This document shows positions 21,273 to 30,761 of a stretch of DNA of 64,000 nucleotides, one piece after another (the first letter of the stretch is position 1; every line of letters begins with the position of its first letter). Location: positions 96,001 to 160,000 of the IMG/VR virus record IMGVR_UViG_3300033075_001536; one strand, written 5' to 3'. The notes below the pieces were generated by a model. The model had not been told where the DNA came from, ran no database searches, and was given only the letters and a program-made list of their open reading frames with translations. Position numbers and translations under genes: made by a program. The DNA comes from a virus (lineage: Duplodnaviria; Caudoviricetes).

Positions 21273-21722
21273 TTACCATCCGCGAAATTTAAAGTTAGAA
21301 AACCCACGAAGTCTTTTATTTACTGGCTTTCTTTTTACAGAAATGTGTAATTTTTTAATAGGAATTTCTATTCTTTTCGGTATTCCGGAAAAATGAAATT
21401 TTCCTTCTTTTGTTTCAATAGCAATTTCAGCTCTATAAAATTCATTGATTCTATCAACCGATTCTTCTAATATTTCTTTTATTTCAATGTATTTTATTTC
21501 TCTATTTGGTAATAGGATAAAATCTATACTTGATATAGATTCACCATCGGTTGGATTATTATAAAGCCAAAATTTTGTTTCTGTGGTAAATCCATAATCC
21601 ATCAACTCTTGTAAATAATCAGTGACTTCGTCTATAACCTTTTCAGCATTCATAATTAATATATATTCGGATGAGAATCTTAAAATTTTTACCATTTTTC
21701 GAAAATATTTCTGAGAATCCAA
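21273..21722 (-). CDS. Repeated family protein (true start probably about 21653)
   Basis: EVTDYLQELMDYGF; VDRINE. Confidence 0.55.
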   Translation of the reverse strand: MDSQKYFRKMVKILRFSSEYILIMNAEKVIDEVTDYLQELMDYGFTTETKFWLYNNPTDGESISSIDFILLPNREIKYIEIKEILEESVDRINEFYRAEIAIETKEGKFHFSGIPKRIEIPIKKLHISVKRKPVNKRLRGFSNFKFRGW

Positions 21723-22486
21723 TTGCTGATATACAAGAATATAATCAGAAGATGAAAAATGCTTTTTTTGACAAGTTATTTTTTCTTGGTAAGATAAAAT
21801 TTGATGCTTTGGTGGATTTTGGATGTGCGGATGGATCTTTATTAGAAAAAATTAGCAAATATTCAAAAGCTGATTTATTTGGATATGATGTTGAGCCACA
21901 TGCTGTTGATCTATCAAAAAATAGACTTGGAAATAAAGCAACTATTCTAGATAATTGGCATGAAATTTTGGGACAAGTGAATGAATATCATTCACCAGCA
22001 ATTTTACTAAGTTCCGTAATTCATGAAGTATATTCTTATGATAAATATGTAAATTATTTTTGGAATGATTGCGTTTTTAATGACAAATTCAAATATATTA
22101 TTATTCGAGATATGATCCCATCTGGTGATATTGATGATGTCCATAACTTTTCAGAAGATGTTAGAAAGGTAAAATCAAAGATCAATAATAAATATTTAAA
22201 TGACTTTGAAAAGATTTGGGGTAAAATGGAAGATAGTTATAGACAATTCGCACATTTCCTTTTGAAATATAAATATATACATAACTGGAATAGAGAAGTG
22301 AAAGAAAATTATCTTCCTTTGACCATTTCAGAATTAAAAGAAAAAATACCAAGTGGGTATGAAATTGTATATGAAAGTAATTTTATTCTTCCTTATTTGC
22401 AACAAGAAGTAAATAGAGATTTTGGGATTAAATTCAGACAACCAACACACACAAAGATGATTATAAAAAATAATAATTTCAAATGA
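21671..22486 (+). CDS. Class I SAM-dependent methyltransferase with CTS-like peptide
   Basis: LVDFGCADG, GYD, LSSVIHE. Confidence 0.8.
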   Translation: MRILKFLPFFENISENPIADIQEYNQKMKNAFFDKLFFLGKIKFDALVDFGCADGSLLEKISKYSKADLFGYDVEPHAVDLSKNRLGNKATILDNWHEILGQVNEYHSPAILLSSVIHEVYSYDKYVNYFWNDCVFNDKFKYIIIRDMIPSGDIDDVHNFSEDVRKVKSKINNKYLNDFEKIWGKMEDSYRQFAHFLLKYKYIHNWNREVKENYLPLTISELKEKIPSGYEIVYESNFILPYLQQEVNRDFGIKFRQPTHTKMIIKNNNFK

Positions 22487-23190
22487 TACACATTAGAAGA
22501 TTTAACGAAAACATCATTGATTTCAATACGGATAATGTGAAGTCATTTAAGAAAGAACTATTTAAGGAACTCAAAAAGAAAGGTGCTGGTCATGGATATT
22601 TTGGACCGCCAAAGGGATTAAATCTACAAGAACTTAAAAAAATTGGAGATAAATATGACATTGAGGTGGTCGATTACGAGACATTTTTCAGAGAGCTTCC
22701 AACAAAGGAAGATCAAAAAACTGCTCCAAGGAAACATGGTGGTCCACCAGCATTTGCTTTAGTAAATCCAACTACACATAAAGCTCGTGTAGTTCTTATT
22801 GCTCCAAAAGTTGATATTGGAATTGGTGAGATGATTTGTCATATGCTTACCCACGAAAATATACACATTCAACAATTTGCCAAAATTAAAGCAAAGAAAG
22901 GAAAGTTGGATGATTATGATGTTGCTCCTGGCAGTCCAAATGATAGAAAAAAATATTTCTCCGATAAAAAAGAAGTGATGGCATTTTCACATTCAATTGT
23001 GGATATGCTAGTTAATCAACAAGGATGTGAAACATTTGAAGAATGTATAAAAAAATTGGACAGAAACCCAATTTGGGGAGATATTAGAAGAAGCTGTGAT
23101 AAAGATATTCAAAACCGATATAAAAAATATATTTATCAATATCTAAAAAAAGAATTTCCAGATGAAGATCAAAAATTGGACAAAATTTAA
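22483..23190 (+). CDS. HExxH metalloprotein with CTS-like peptide
   Basis: MIHIRRFNEN; THENIH; Y....EVMAF. Confidence 0.55.
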   Translation: MIHIRRFNENIIDFNTDNVKSFKKELFKELKKKGAGHGYFGPPKGLNLQELKKIGDKYDIEVVDYETFFRELPTKEDQKTAPRKHGGPPAFALVNPTTHKARVVLIAPKVDIGIGEMICHMLTHENIHIQQFAKIKAKKGKLDDYDVAPGSPNDRKKYFSDKKEVMAFSHSIVDMLVNQQGCETFEECIKKLDRNPIWGDIRRSCDKDIQNRYKKYIYQYLKKEFPDEDQKLDKI

Positions 23191-23956
23191 TGAAAGTTCC
23201 GACAGTCATATTGTAAAAGGAGTTGAAATAACTAAATTTTTTCAAAGTGATAGATATAAAAAATTTATTCAACACTTTTTAATTGAAGAAAATGAATTAA
23301 AAGAATATTTTTCGGATGTGTTGGACGACAATTCTGATATTAAATTTGAATTAACCAAGGATACTATTTTTTTTCTTGGAAATAAAAGAGTATATGGATT
23401 TAAGCAAGCTGATTCATCTTTTATAAAATACAGCGTTTCTCTATTAAGGACGGATGGAAAGCCAACTAGTATTAAATCATTTAAGGAATATTTGAATAAA
23501 TATTTAGATCTATTAGAAGATATTGAAATTGCAATAGAAAGAATTCTAGATGATTATGATATTAAACATAAAGTTGAAGACAATATAGATCATTTTAGAG
23601 AACAAAAAAGTATAGTCATTTTATTTTACAAGGAAATTCCTTTTAAAGAGCTAATGTCTGAATTTAAATTATTTTTAGCAGAAAATGATGCTTCATCTTG
23701 GTTAGTGAAAGGAATTTCAGAATTTAAAAAAATATTTACGGAATTTGGTGCTCCTGAAAGTTTTAAACTAGAAGACCACATTGATCTTCATCCAGATTGG
23801 GAAGAAAATGAGTTTGGTGATGTGGTGGTTGGTGTGTCGCTTAATGATGAAATATCTGCTATTGGAACCATTGATAAAGAAACGGGACAAATTGATTATA
23901 ATACCAATGAAATAGAAAAAGTAATAGAAGAATTATTTGAAAATGAAATACATTAA
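23162..23956 (+). CDS. CTS-like peptide protein, repeated family
   Basis: MKIKNWTKFNES; ELKEYFSDVLDD. Confidence 0.6.
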   Translation: MKIKNWTKFNESSDSHIVKGVEITKFFQSDRYKKFIQHFLIEENELKEYFSDVLDDNSDIKFELTKDTIFFLGNKRVYGFKQADSSFIKYSVSLLRTDGKPTSIKSFKEYLNKYLDLLEDIEIAIERILDDYDIKHKVEDNIDHFREQKSIVILFYKEIPFKELMSEFKLFLAENDASSWLVKGISEFKKIFTEFGAPESFKLEDHIDLHPDWEENEFGDVVVGVSLNDEISAIGTIDKETGQIDYNTNEIEKVIEELFENEIH

Positions 23957-24509
23957 AAAATTTGAAGAAATAAAACTAACACTAAAAGATGATCTAGGGA
24001 CATATTTCTACAACCTAGGTGATATGGATGGATTTAATTTGGAATACAGACCAGATGACTTCTATTTTTTTAAACTATCTCATATGGACGGATCCTTTGA
24101 ATATAACATGGATATTTTTGATGAGATACAAGAGTCATTGGATCGTGCGGCTGATGATGGATTAAAATTAGATAGAAGTTGGATAGAACCGAATATACCT
24201 GAATTTATGTCGAGTGTTGCTTGTGATAGAAAGACAGCAATAAAAAATAAATGGAATTCGATTTGGATACCAATGTCTAATAATGAATACCCTAGTCCAA
24301 ATGATTTAAGATTTTCTAAATTTCCTATTTATAGAAAAATTTATGTTGATAGCAAAAATAAAAAAATGGAATCCATGGTAAGGTCAAATAAAAAGATGGA
24401 TATGGATGTTGAATATCCGACCTCTCCATCTGATTTTATTTATACCAATAATTTAAAAAGTATTACTTTTTTATTTTTTGAGCAAGACTTAAAAAAATCT
24501 AAATATTAA
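23937..24509 (+). CDS. CTS-like peptide protein
   Basis: MKYIKKFEE. Confidence 0.6.
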   Translation: MKMKYIKKFEEIKLTLKDDLGTYFYNLGDMDGFNLEYRPDDFYFFKLSHMDGSFEYNMDIFDEIQESLDRAADDGLKLDRSWIEPNIPEFMSSVACDRKTAIKNKWNSIWIPMSNNEYPSPNDLRFSKFPIYRKIYVDSKNKKMESMVRSNKKMDMDVEYPTSPSDFIYTNNLKSITFLFFEQDLKKSKY

Positions 24510-25950
24510 TAGACTCAATTCTTTTAAACATCTCATTTCTGTCGGATTCTAACCATTTCATGATGTCTAAAACTTTATCAGAAAATCCCGCCAAACAAAA
24601 TACATTAGATTCTGGAAATTGTAAAGTCCCAAGTCCAGCCATATCCCAAGAATAAATAAATGGATTTGCACCAAATTTATTTTTATAATCGTTATATGCG
24701 GCTTTTGGTGTATAGTGTCCCATCCACCCTTGCATGTCGGATAGAATTATAACCCTATCATATTTTTTATTAGCCACTTTAAATATATTATGAAAATTCG
24801 TGCCGCCTCCGTTAAAACTAAATGAATTTTTAATAGTCATCACTGAATCCAATGGATTGTATGATTCATATTTAGCAGTGGTGTCGAAAGTCATCACATC
24901 ACAATTGTTTGCTTTTGCTAAAACAGCGGTGAATAGACCAGCAATTTCATGTGCTCTACCTCTCATAGACCCTGATGTATCTAAAGCAATTAAAGTTTCT
25001 CCTTCAAATTTTGGAACATTTGAAACAGATATATCCAGAGCCTTTGAAATAGCAACTTGAACATCACGAACTTCCTTAGAAGATCCTAATTTTCCAATTT
25101 CGTCATAAGCTGTTTTAAATCTAAATGGAAGAATACGAGATCCTTTAACCATTTGCTCATTTTGTAGTAGCTCACAAACTTGTGGAATAATTCCAGGAGC
25201 TTGATTGATTATATTTCTTAAATTCCTCAATAGAGCAAAATATCCAATTTTTTTGGATCCAATAAGTTCTCCCCAAGCATCCGCCTTTAATTTAGACAAA
25301 TCTTCTCCTGTTTCAGATGCTTTTTGACCAGCTTCTGATAACTTAGCTTCCCAAGTTTCGGTAGATTTTAGTCCACCTTTAATAAGAGATTCTAAAGCAA
25401 GTTTATTTCTATCAGTTGGCACTGGGTGAACTATGTTTACCAAGTCAACTAATTTAATTTCTTTATTTTCTCCGCGATATTTCGCAAGTTGATAAGCATC
25501 AAATTTATCAAATGCTTTTGCAAATCCTTTTTTCAAAGAATTTGGAAATTTTGGAGATTTCTTATCGGTTTTATTATTTAGATAATAAGATAATATTTCA
25601 AGCATATCATCTACACGAACAACTACTTTATCATAGAAATTCTTAGACCATTCTTTTCCTGAGGAATAAGATGCTAATTCACCCGCAAGAGCATGTGAAA
25701 TACTTCTCATACCAAATTCATCACGAGCAAAAATTGCAGCTTTTGCAGCAAACTCCGGATCTACTTTTGATAAATGATTTTTTAGATCTTTCAAGGAATC
25801 ATCCGCAGAACGATAGAATTCATTATTAACAAATGATGTTAGTAGCAAAGAAACCAAAGCTAGCTTATCTGATTCTTTATAGGCTTCTCCGCCAGCTTTA
25901 TTGATGGTTAGAGTTTTTGGTCTTGTTAGTGTTGTGTTAAATTTTGACAT
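24499..25950 (-). CDS. Ro60/Rsr TROVE-domain RNA-binding protein
   Basis: NKAGGEAY, ARDEFGMR, YQLAKY, ALLRNLRN, SRILPFRF, vWA MIDAS DTSGSM, GGT, ILSDMQ, AGFSD. Confidence 0.95.
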   Translation of the reverse strand: MSKFNTTLTRPKTLTINKAGGEAYKESDKLALVSLLLTSFVNNEFYRSADDSLKDLKNHLSKVDPEFAAKAAIFARDEFGMRSISHALAGELASYSSGKEWSKNFYDKVVVRVDDMLEILSYYLNNKTDKKSPKFPNSLKKGFAKAFDKFDAYQLAKYRGENKEIKLVDLVNIVHPVPTDRNKLALESLIKGGLKSTETWEAKLSEAGQKASETGEDLSKLKADAWGELIGSKKIGYFALLRNLRNIINQAPGIIPQVCELLQNEQMVKGSRILPFRFKTAYDEIGKLGSSKEVRDVQVAISKALDISVSNVPKFEGETLIALDTSGSMRGRAHEIAGLFTAVLAKANNCDVMTFDTTAKYESYNPLDSVMTIKNSFSFNGGGTNFHNIFKVANKKYDRVIILSDMQGWMGHYTPKAAYNDYKNKFGANPFIYSWDMAGLGTLQFPESNVFCLAGFSDKVLDIMKWLESDRNEMFKRIESINI

Positions 25951-25967
25951 ATATTTATATTTTATTT

Positions 25968-26135
25968 TTAATAGTTGTATGCTTTGTCTAATAGCTCTTT
26001 TAATTTCTCTTCTGTAAAGTATTCCTCTTCACTTTTTATTATCTCAATTAGTGCTTCTGCCATTCCGGCTCCAGACCATTCATCATAATCTACTCTATTG
26101 TCCACTAAATAATTTAAAGCTTCAATTTTTTTCAT
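25968..26135 (-). CDS. Small hypothetical protein (55 aa, below the ORF-track cut-off)
   Basis: Manual translation MKKIEALNYLVDNRVDYDEWSGAGMAEALIEII...; directly upstream of Ro60. Confidence 0.6.
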   Translation of the reverse strand: MKKIEALNYLVDNRVDYDEWSGAGMAEALIEIIKSEEEYFTEEKLKELLDKAYNY

Positions 26136-26158
26136 TTGTCTTTATATTTTTTTAAATT

Positions 26159-26200
26159 AAAAAACCAGAATAAAAATTCATTTCTGAAAATTCACTCTGG
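26159..26200 (-). terminator. Intrinsic terminator after the putative Y RNAs
   Basis: Minus strand CCAGAGTGAA-TT-TTCA-GAAA-TGAA-TT-TTTATTCTGG-TTTTTT; the G-U pairs and GNRA loop only work on the minus strand. Confidence 0.75.
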
Positions 26201-26215
26201 TTTTTATTTATAAGG

Positions 26216-26471
26216 TGCAAACAAGAAAATCTAGACTAAGATTGTCGCAAAGATTTATTTTCTGAAACTTTACCGGCTGTGTGAGGCTTCAGTCATGCCT
26301 GTTATATTTTTTACAAGATATTTACAAATAACTTGAACTCTTAAAGGTTGTTATCCTAATTTTTTCACCAAATTGTCTGTTTCAATCTTTTTGGTAGTTG
26401 TAGCTATCAGCTCTAAACACTTTCCGTTTTAATAGTAGTCGAAGTAACTCAGAACTATTACTATGTTTGCA
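26216..26471 (-). ncRNA. Putative long Y-RNA-like ncRNA (about 256 nt)
   Basis: Ends pair (TGCAAACA/TGTTTGCA); shares TAGTAA...GAGTTACTTCGA and 3' AYTTTCT with the neighbouring RNA; internal hairpins; adjacent to Ro60. Confidence 0.65.
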
Positions 26472-26483
26472 TTTTTTAAAAAA

Positions 26484-26551
26484 ACAAGAGAAAGTTTTCA
26501 AAGAGTGTTTTTTGATTCCATATCGAAGTAACTCTTTAAATTACTACTTGT
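26484..26551 (-). ncRNA. Putative minimal Y-RNA-like ncRNA (about 68 nt)
   Basis: ACAAG/CTTGT and AAAGAGT/ACTCTTT stems; same conserved loops as the long RNA; promoter motif 6 nt upstream. Confidence 0.65.
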
Positions 26552-26557
26552 GTCTTC

Positions 26558-26583
26558 TTATATTTGAACAAGAAAAAAAGTTT
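26558..26583 (-). promoter_or_regulatory. AAACTT-N15-TATAA promoter for the ncRNA locus
   Basis: Same bipartite motif upstream of the helicases, PolB and the glycosyltransferase. Confidence 0.6.
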
Positions 26584-26668
26584 TAAATTTATTAAAAAAT
26601 CTTTTCTGTGTTCAAATATTTGTAGTAGTATATAGTGTACCTAAAATTTGAATTTTTATGAAGGTGGA

Positions 26669-27322
26669 TTATTTATGATTAAATAGAGCTAATGTAAAAT
26701 CCTCACTAGAATAATCATTGATTAGACTTAATTCACTTTTTAGTCCGTGTGATAGATATTTCTTTAGCAAATTTTGGTTGTAGTAGGTATATCTTAATGT
26801 TTTGTGGTTTTTGGTTTGTCTAACATTACTCGATATTCTATCTTTATCATTTTCGATAAAATTGGCCATAATTCCTTTATTACATATTGTTTGTCCATAT
26901 TTAAAGAACTCTAAAACATCTCTTTCATTCATCCCAACTGTAAATACCCCAGACGCAACGATCCAATCATGATTCTCTTTTATATCATGTATGCTATCCA
27001 CTACTTTAAATTTTCTATCTGGATATTTCTTTTTTGCATTTTTAATCATACTTTTTTGAATATCCACTCCTAGATAATCTACCTTTTTCTGCATTGCGTC
27101 TGCCCATCTAGATAGATCACCTAATCCACAACCGTAGTCTAGTAAACTATCACCACTTTTTATGTATTTCAAAAACACATTAAATCTATCTCTTTGTGAT
27201 CCAGAACTAACCCACCCCACCGCATCTGGGTCATAAATATCCTTCGTACATCTGTGTTGGTAGAAATCTTCTATAAATTTCCTTGGATTTTTAAGTTCTT
27301 CGAATAATTTTAAATATTGCAT
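26669..27322 (-). CDS. Class I SAM-dependent methyltransferase with CTS-like peptide
   Basis: MQYLKLFEE; LLDYGCGLG, YLGVDI, ASGVF. Confidence 0.85.
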   Translation of the reverse strand: MQYLKLFEELKNPRKFIEDFYQHRCTKDIYDPDAVGWVSSGSQRDRFNVFLKYIKSGDSLLDYGCGLGDLSRWADAMQKKVDYLGVDIQKSMIKNAKKKYPDRKFKVVDSIHDIKENHDWIVASGVFTVGMNERDVLEFFKYGQTICNKGIMANFIENDKDRISSNVRQTKNHKTLRYTYYNQNLLKKYLSHGLKSELSLINDYSSEDFTLALFNHK

Positions 27323-27337
27323 TTAATATATATTAAA
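27322..27337. promoter_or_regulatory. Palindromic bidirectional late promoter
   Basis: TTTAATATATATTAAA fills the whole gap between divergent ATGs at 27322 and 27338. Confidence 0.7.
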
Positions 27338-27691
27338 ATGAGAATCAAATTATTTAAAGACTTCAATGAGCATTTTTCAATTGGCCCAGTTCCAATCGTA
27401 AGAGAAGAAAGACTTATTTCTTTTACTAGAAAAGCATTTGCTGAGTTTAATGAATGGAAACTAACTGATAAATTTATGCAAGATAAGATCATTAAATTAA
27501 TTGAAGATACGATTCGAGATCCATTTAGAGGACTTGGAAAACCAGAACAATTAAAAGGTCGTGGTAAAAAACACGGACATCTAAATAAAGCTTCTTGGTC
27601 AAGAAGAATTTCTGATGAGCATAGACTAGTCTATGAGGTTTCCGGAACAGACATTAAAATAACTTCTTGTAAGGGACATTATGATGATTAA
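27338..27691 (+). CDS. yoeB: Txe/YoeB-family mRNA interferase with CTS-like N-terminal extension
   Basis: PFRGLGKPEQLK, WSRRISDEHRLVY, SCKGHY; N-terminus MRIKLFKDFNE. Confidence 0.9.
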   Translation: MRIKLFKDFNEHFSIGPVPIVREERLISFTRKAFAEFNEWKLTDKFMQDKIIKLIEDTIRDPFRGLGKPEQLKGRGKKHGHLNKASWSRRISDEHRLVYEVSGTDIKITSCKGHYDD

Positions 27692-28178
27692 GTCTTTTGG
27701 TAATTTTATTAATGAAAATGTTAAATCTGAATTAGATTCAATATTGTATCTATTAACTGATTTAGGACTTGAGGCCACAGTTGAAGGATGGGATATAATC
27801 TCAAAGAGATGGTCTATTGTTAATTTAGATTCAATAATTGGTGTGTTACTCACAACAAAGTCCTTGAGTGATAGTATTGACTATCGAATAAAGATTACTA
27901 AAAGGTTAATGGGAAATAGAAATCCGGCAATTCCAATACGAATGGAGGATATCAATTATTTTAAAAATTTGCACGAAACTTCGGAATATCAAGAATTTTT
28001 AGATAGACTTAGTGAATTTTGTGAAAATAAATATATTATAAAACCTTCTAATAATATTTATCCTCTAAAAGGTAGTGTTGAAGTAAATATTGGGGATTTG
28101 AGTGATATTGTCGGTGATTATACCATCGGTCTTGTTAGAATTATTTTCCTAACCAAAATTAAAAATCCGAACCTTTAG
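27681..28178 (+). CDS. CTS-like peptide protein, repeated family
   Basis: MIKSFGNFINEN; ELDSILYLLTDLGL. Confidence 0.6.
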   Translation: MMIKSFGNFINENVKSELDSILYLLTDLGLEATVEGWDIISKRWSIVNLDSIIGVLLTTKSLSDSIDYRIKITKRLMGNRNPAIPIRMEDINYFKNLHETSEYQEFLDRLSEFCENKYIIKPSNNIYPLKGSVEVNIGDLSDIVGDYTIGLVRIIFLTKIKNPNL

Positions 28179-28194
28179 TAGATTCGGATTTTTT
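28161..28194. terminator. Bidirectional intrinsic terminator
   Basis: AAAAATCCGAA...TTCGGATTTTT between convergent genes. Confidence 0.8.
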
Positions 28195-28197
28195 TAT

Positions 28198-30741
28198 TTA
28201 ACATTTGCTATATCCACACTGTGAGCATTTAAAACACCCCTCACTCATTATCATAGTTCCTTCCATGAAACATTCTGGACAAGCTTCTTTTACTTTACTA
28301 ACATCCAAATATTTTTTCAAAGAACGAGCAATTGCCTTATTGAATGATATGACAATTCCTTTAGCTTTTAGTAGTTGTTCATAAATAAAATGTATATCTG
28401 CACCATGCCTCAGAGAAGTAGAAATCATTCTTGTTAATGCCTCTTCTTCATCCGACTCAAAATGTTCAGAAATGTTTTCTAAAGTAAATGTATCCTCTGG
28501 ATCTGGTCCTAATTTCACAATTAAGCTATAACATCCGCTTCTAACTTTTGATAGTTTTCCTTCTTTCCATCTTGGAGAAAGTGCTAAATTTTTCTTTTTG
28601 AATGCAAATACCTCATATGGATCCTTGCCCATCAATCCAACAATAACGACCCAATTATTTCCTTGAACTGTTAGGTGGTGTATATCACAATCTAATGTTT
28701 TTGGTCTTTTTAAAGCAGTTGTCTTTTTAATAGAAGTCATTTCTTCCTTTGAGTCTATAGCAGACAATACAGAAGTCATGGTTCCAGCTCTATAAGTTGT
28801 TACACCTTTAATTACTCCTGTATTATAAGCATCTTTATATACCTTTTTGAAGTCTTCGAATGGATATTCATTTGGAAAGTTTAGTGTTTTACTCATTGCA
28901 GAGTCAATATATTTTGCAAATACAGCCATGGTGTTTACATGTTCATCTGTATTCAACTCTGATGTTGTGGCTGCCCAAGAAGCTGTTGAGTCCCACTCGT
29001 TAAGATCTTCTAAATATCTAACCGCGTAATCTTTGACAACAGTTTCTCTTAGAAGTCCTCTTGACTTATCAAATTTCCAATTATATCCTTCAAAAGTTGT
29101 TTTTAGAAGATTTTCATCACCTTCTTTAATCCATACCCATGCAGTATCACCATCCACCTGATAAGTTTTATTTTCCCAATCAATGTTTTTAGGTTTGTGT
29201 AGACCATCTGGTGCATATGGAAATATAGTTGTTCTTACATACATTGGCATAAACAATGGCTCTAGTCCACCAGATACATTGTTTGCAAAAACACTGGAAT
29301 TTCCAGTAGGTTGAATAGATAAGAGATGAGAGTTTCTAAGTCCATATTTATTAATCATATCAACTGTTTCAGAAGATAGATTTTTAATGAAATTTCCAGC
29401 CATATATTTGACTTTATCAAACATTGGAAATACACCTTTTTCCTCAGCTAATTGTGCAGATGCTTGGTAAGCAGTATTTGCTATAAATGACATTAATTTT
29501 TCAGTTAAATTAATTCCATCCTTTGAGCCATATCTTGTTTTTAACATCATTAACGCAGATCCATATCCCATTACACCTAATCCAATTCTTCTTTTGTCTT
29601 TTAAATTTTTCTTTTGAGACTCTAGTGGAACATTTGTCTTATCATTGACATTATCCATAAATCGAACAGCAATTGGAATTATTTTAGATAATTTTTTGTA
29701 ATCCCAATCTCTATTTTCAAAATCCACAAATTGTGTCAGATTTAGTGATCCAAGTAAACAAACTCCTCCGATTGGTAAAATTTGTTCTCCACATGGGTTG
29801 GTTGCATTAATATATTCACAATAATATAAATTATTTAAACGATTCATTAAATCAACAAATAGAATACCTGGCTCATTTCGATTGTAAGTGGATCTCATGA
29901 TAATATCCCACAACTCGTTAGCATTTTGATAGGTTTTATAAATTATTGTTTTATATCCTTTTGATTTCCATTCTCTTATATTTCCGTTCCATTCTTTTTT
30001 ATACTCTGTTGAATTGGTTTCATAATCTGGGAATTCTAAATTCCAAGATAGATTATTTTCTACAGCATTCATAAAATCATCTGTTACTAGAACAGACATA
30101 TTAAATTTGGTTAGTCTTCCTGGAGTTTGTTTTGAAGTGATAAATTCTTCAATATCTGGGTGCCAAATACTCATGGTGACCATTTGAGCACCTTTTCTTA
30201 TTTTTTGTTTTGACTTTTCTTTCTTGGTTTTTTGGCCAGATCCTTCTGTAATAACGGAAGATTGTGTGTCCCACATATCTAACATTCTGATTGATCCTGG
30301 ACTTTCGTTCCCAATTCCACGGATAAAAGCTCCTCTGGGTCTCATCACATCTGCGCAAAATCCATACCCACCTTCTGACTTTAAAATCAAAGCTTGTCTT
30401 CTTAATGTGTCTAGAATTCCTTCCATTGAATCTTGATCTTCACCAACAAATCCATCGACAAAACAGTTGATATAGGTAGTTCCTTTCAATCCTGTTCCAG
30501 CATTGGAAGTAATTCTCCCACCAGGAACGAATTTAAAGTCTTCTAACAATTTTAGAAATTGTGTTGTCCAGTATTCTGGATCTTTTTCAATACTTGCTAA
30601 ATCTTTAGCAACTCTTAATTGAGTATCATTGATGGTCTCATTACCAAATCGATAAGTTTGTTCATAAACCTCTTTAGAAAATTCATCGATAAATTTTGTG
30701 TTTGATCTATATTGATCTGTTTTTTGATCTATTACTTGCAT
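28198..30741 (-). CDS. nrdJ: Class II (adenosylcobalamin-dependent) ribonucleotide reductase
   Basis: PGGRI, NCFV, TNPCGEQ, CLLGSLNL, RRIGLG, IQPTG, TTYRAG, C-terminal TSCPD-like domain and EGCFKCSQCGYSKC. Confidence 0.9.
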   Translation of the reverse strand: MQVIDQKTDQYRSNTKFIDEFSKEVYEQTYRFGNETINDTQLRVAKDLASIEKDPEYWTTQFLKLLEDFKFVPGGRITSNAGTGLKGTTYINCFVDGFVGEDQDSMEGILDTLRRQALILKSEGGYGFCADVMRPRGAFIRGIGNESPGSIRMLDMWDTQSSVITEGSGQKTKKEKSKQKIRKGAQMVTMSIWHPDIEEFITSKQTPGRLTKFNMSVLVTDDFMNAVENNLSWNLEFPDYETNSTEYKKEWNGNIREWKSKGYKTIIYKTYQNANELWDIIMRSTYNRNEPGILFVDLMNRLNNLYYCEYINATNPCGEQILPIGGVCLLGSLNLTQFVDFENRDWDYKKLSKIIPIAVRFMDNVNDKTNVPLESQKKNLKDKRRIGLGVMGYGSALMMLKTRYGSKDGINLTEKLMSFIANTAYQASAQLAEEKGVFPMFDKVKYMAGNFIKNLSSETVDMINKYGLRNSHLLSIQPTGNSSVFANNVSGGLEPLFMPMYVRTTIFPYAPDGLHKPKNIDWENKTYQVDGDTAWVWIKEGDENLLKTTFEGYNWKFDKSRGLLRETVVKDYAVRYLEDLNEWDSTASWAATTSELNTDEHVNTMAVFAKYIDSAMSKTLNFPNEYPFEDFKKVYKDAYNTGVIKGVTTYRAGTMTSVLSAIDSKEEMTSIKKTTALKRPKTLDCDIHHLTVQGNNWVVIVGLMGKDPYEVFAFKKKNLALSPRWKEGKLSKVRSGCYSLIVKLGPDPEDTFTLENISEHFESDEEEALTRMISTSLRHGADIHFIYEQLLKAKGIVISFNKAIARSLKKYLDVSKVKEACPECFMEGTMIMSEGCFKCSQCGYSKC

Positions 30742-30761
30742 TCATATTTGTTATTTTTTTA

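Noticed and set aside
26216-26551. ncRNAs on the plus strand, where GTCGAAG resembles a bacterial Y RNA motif
   Set aside because: The promoter, terminator G-U pairs and Ro60 orientation all favour the minus strand, though the strand is not experimentally proven
27310-27492. Antisense ORF as a YoeB antitoxin
   Set aside because: It overlaps the toxin antisense and has no YefM/Phd features
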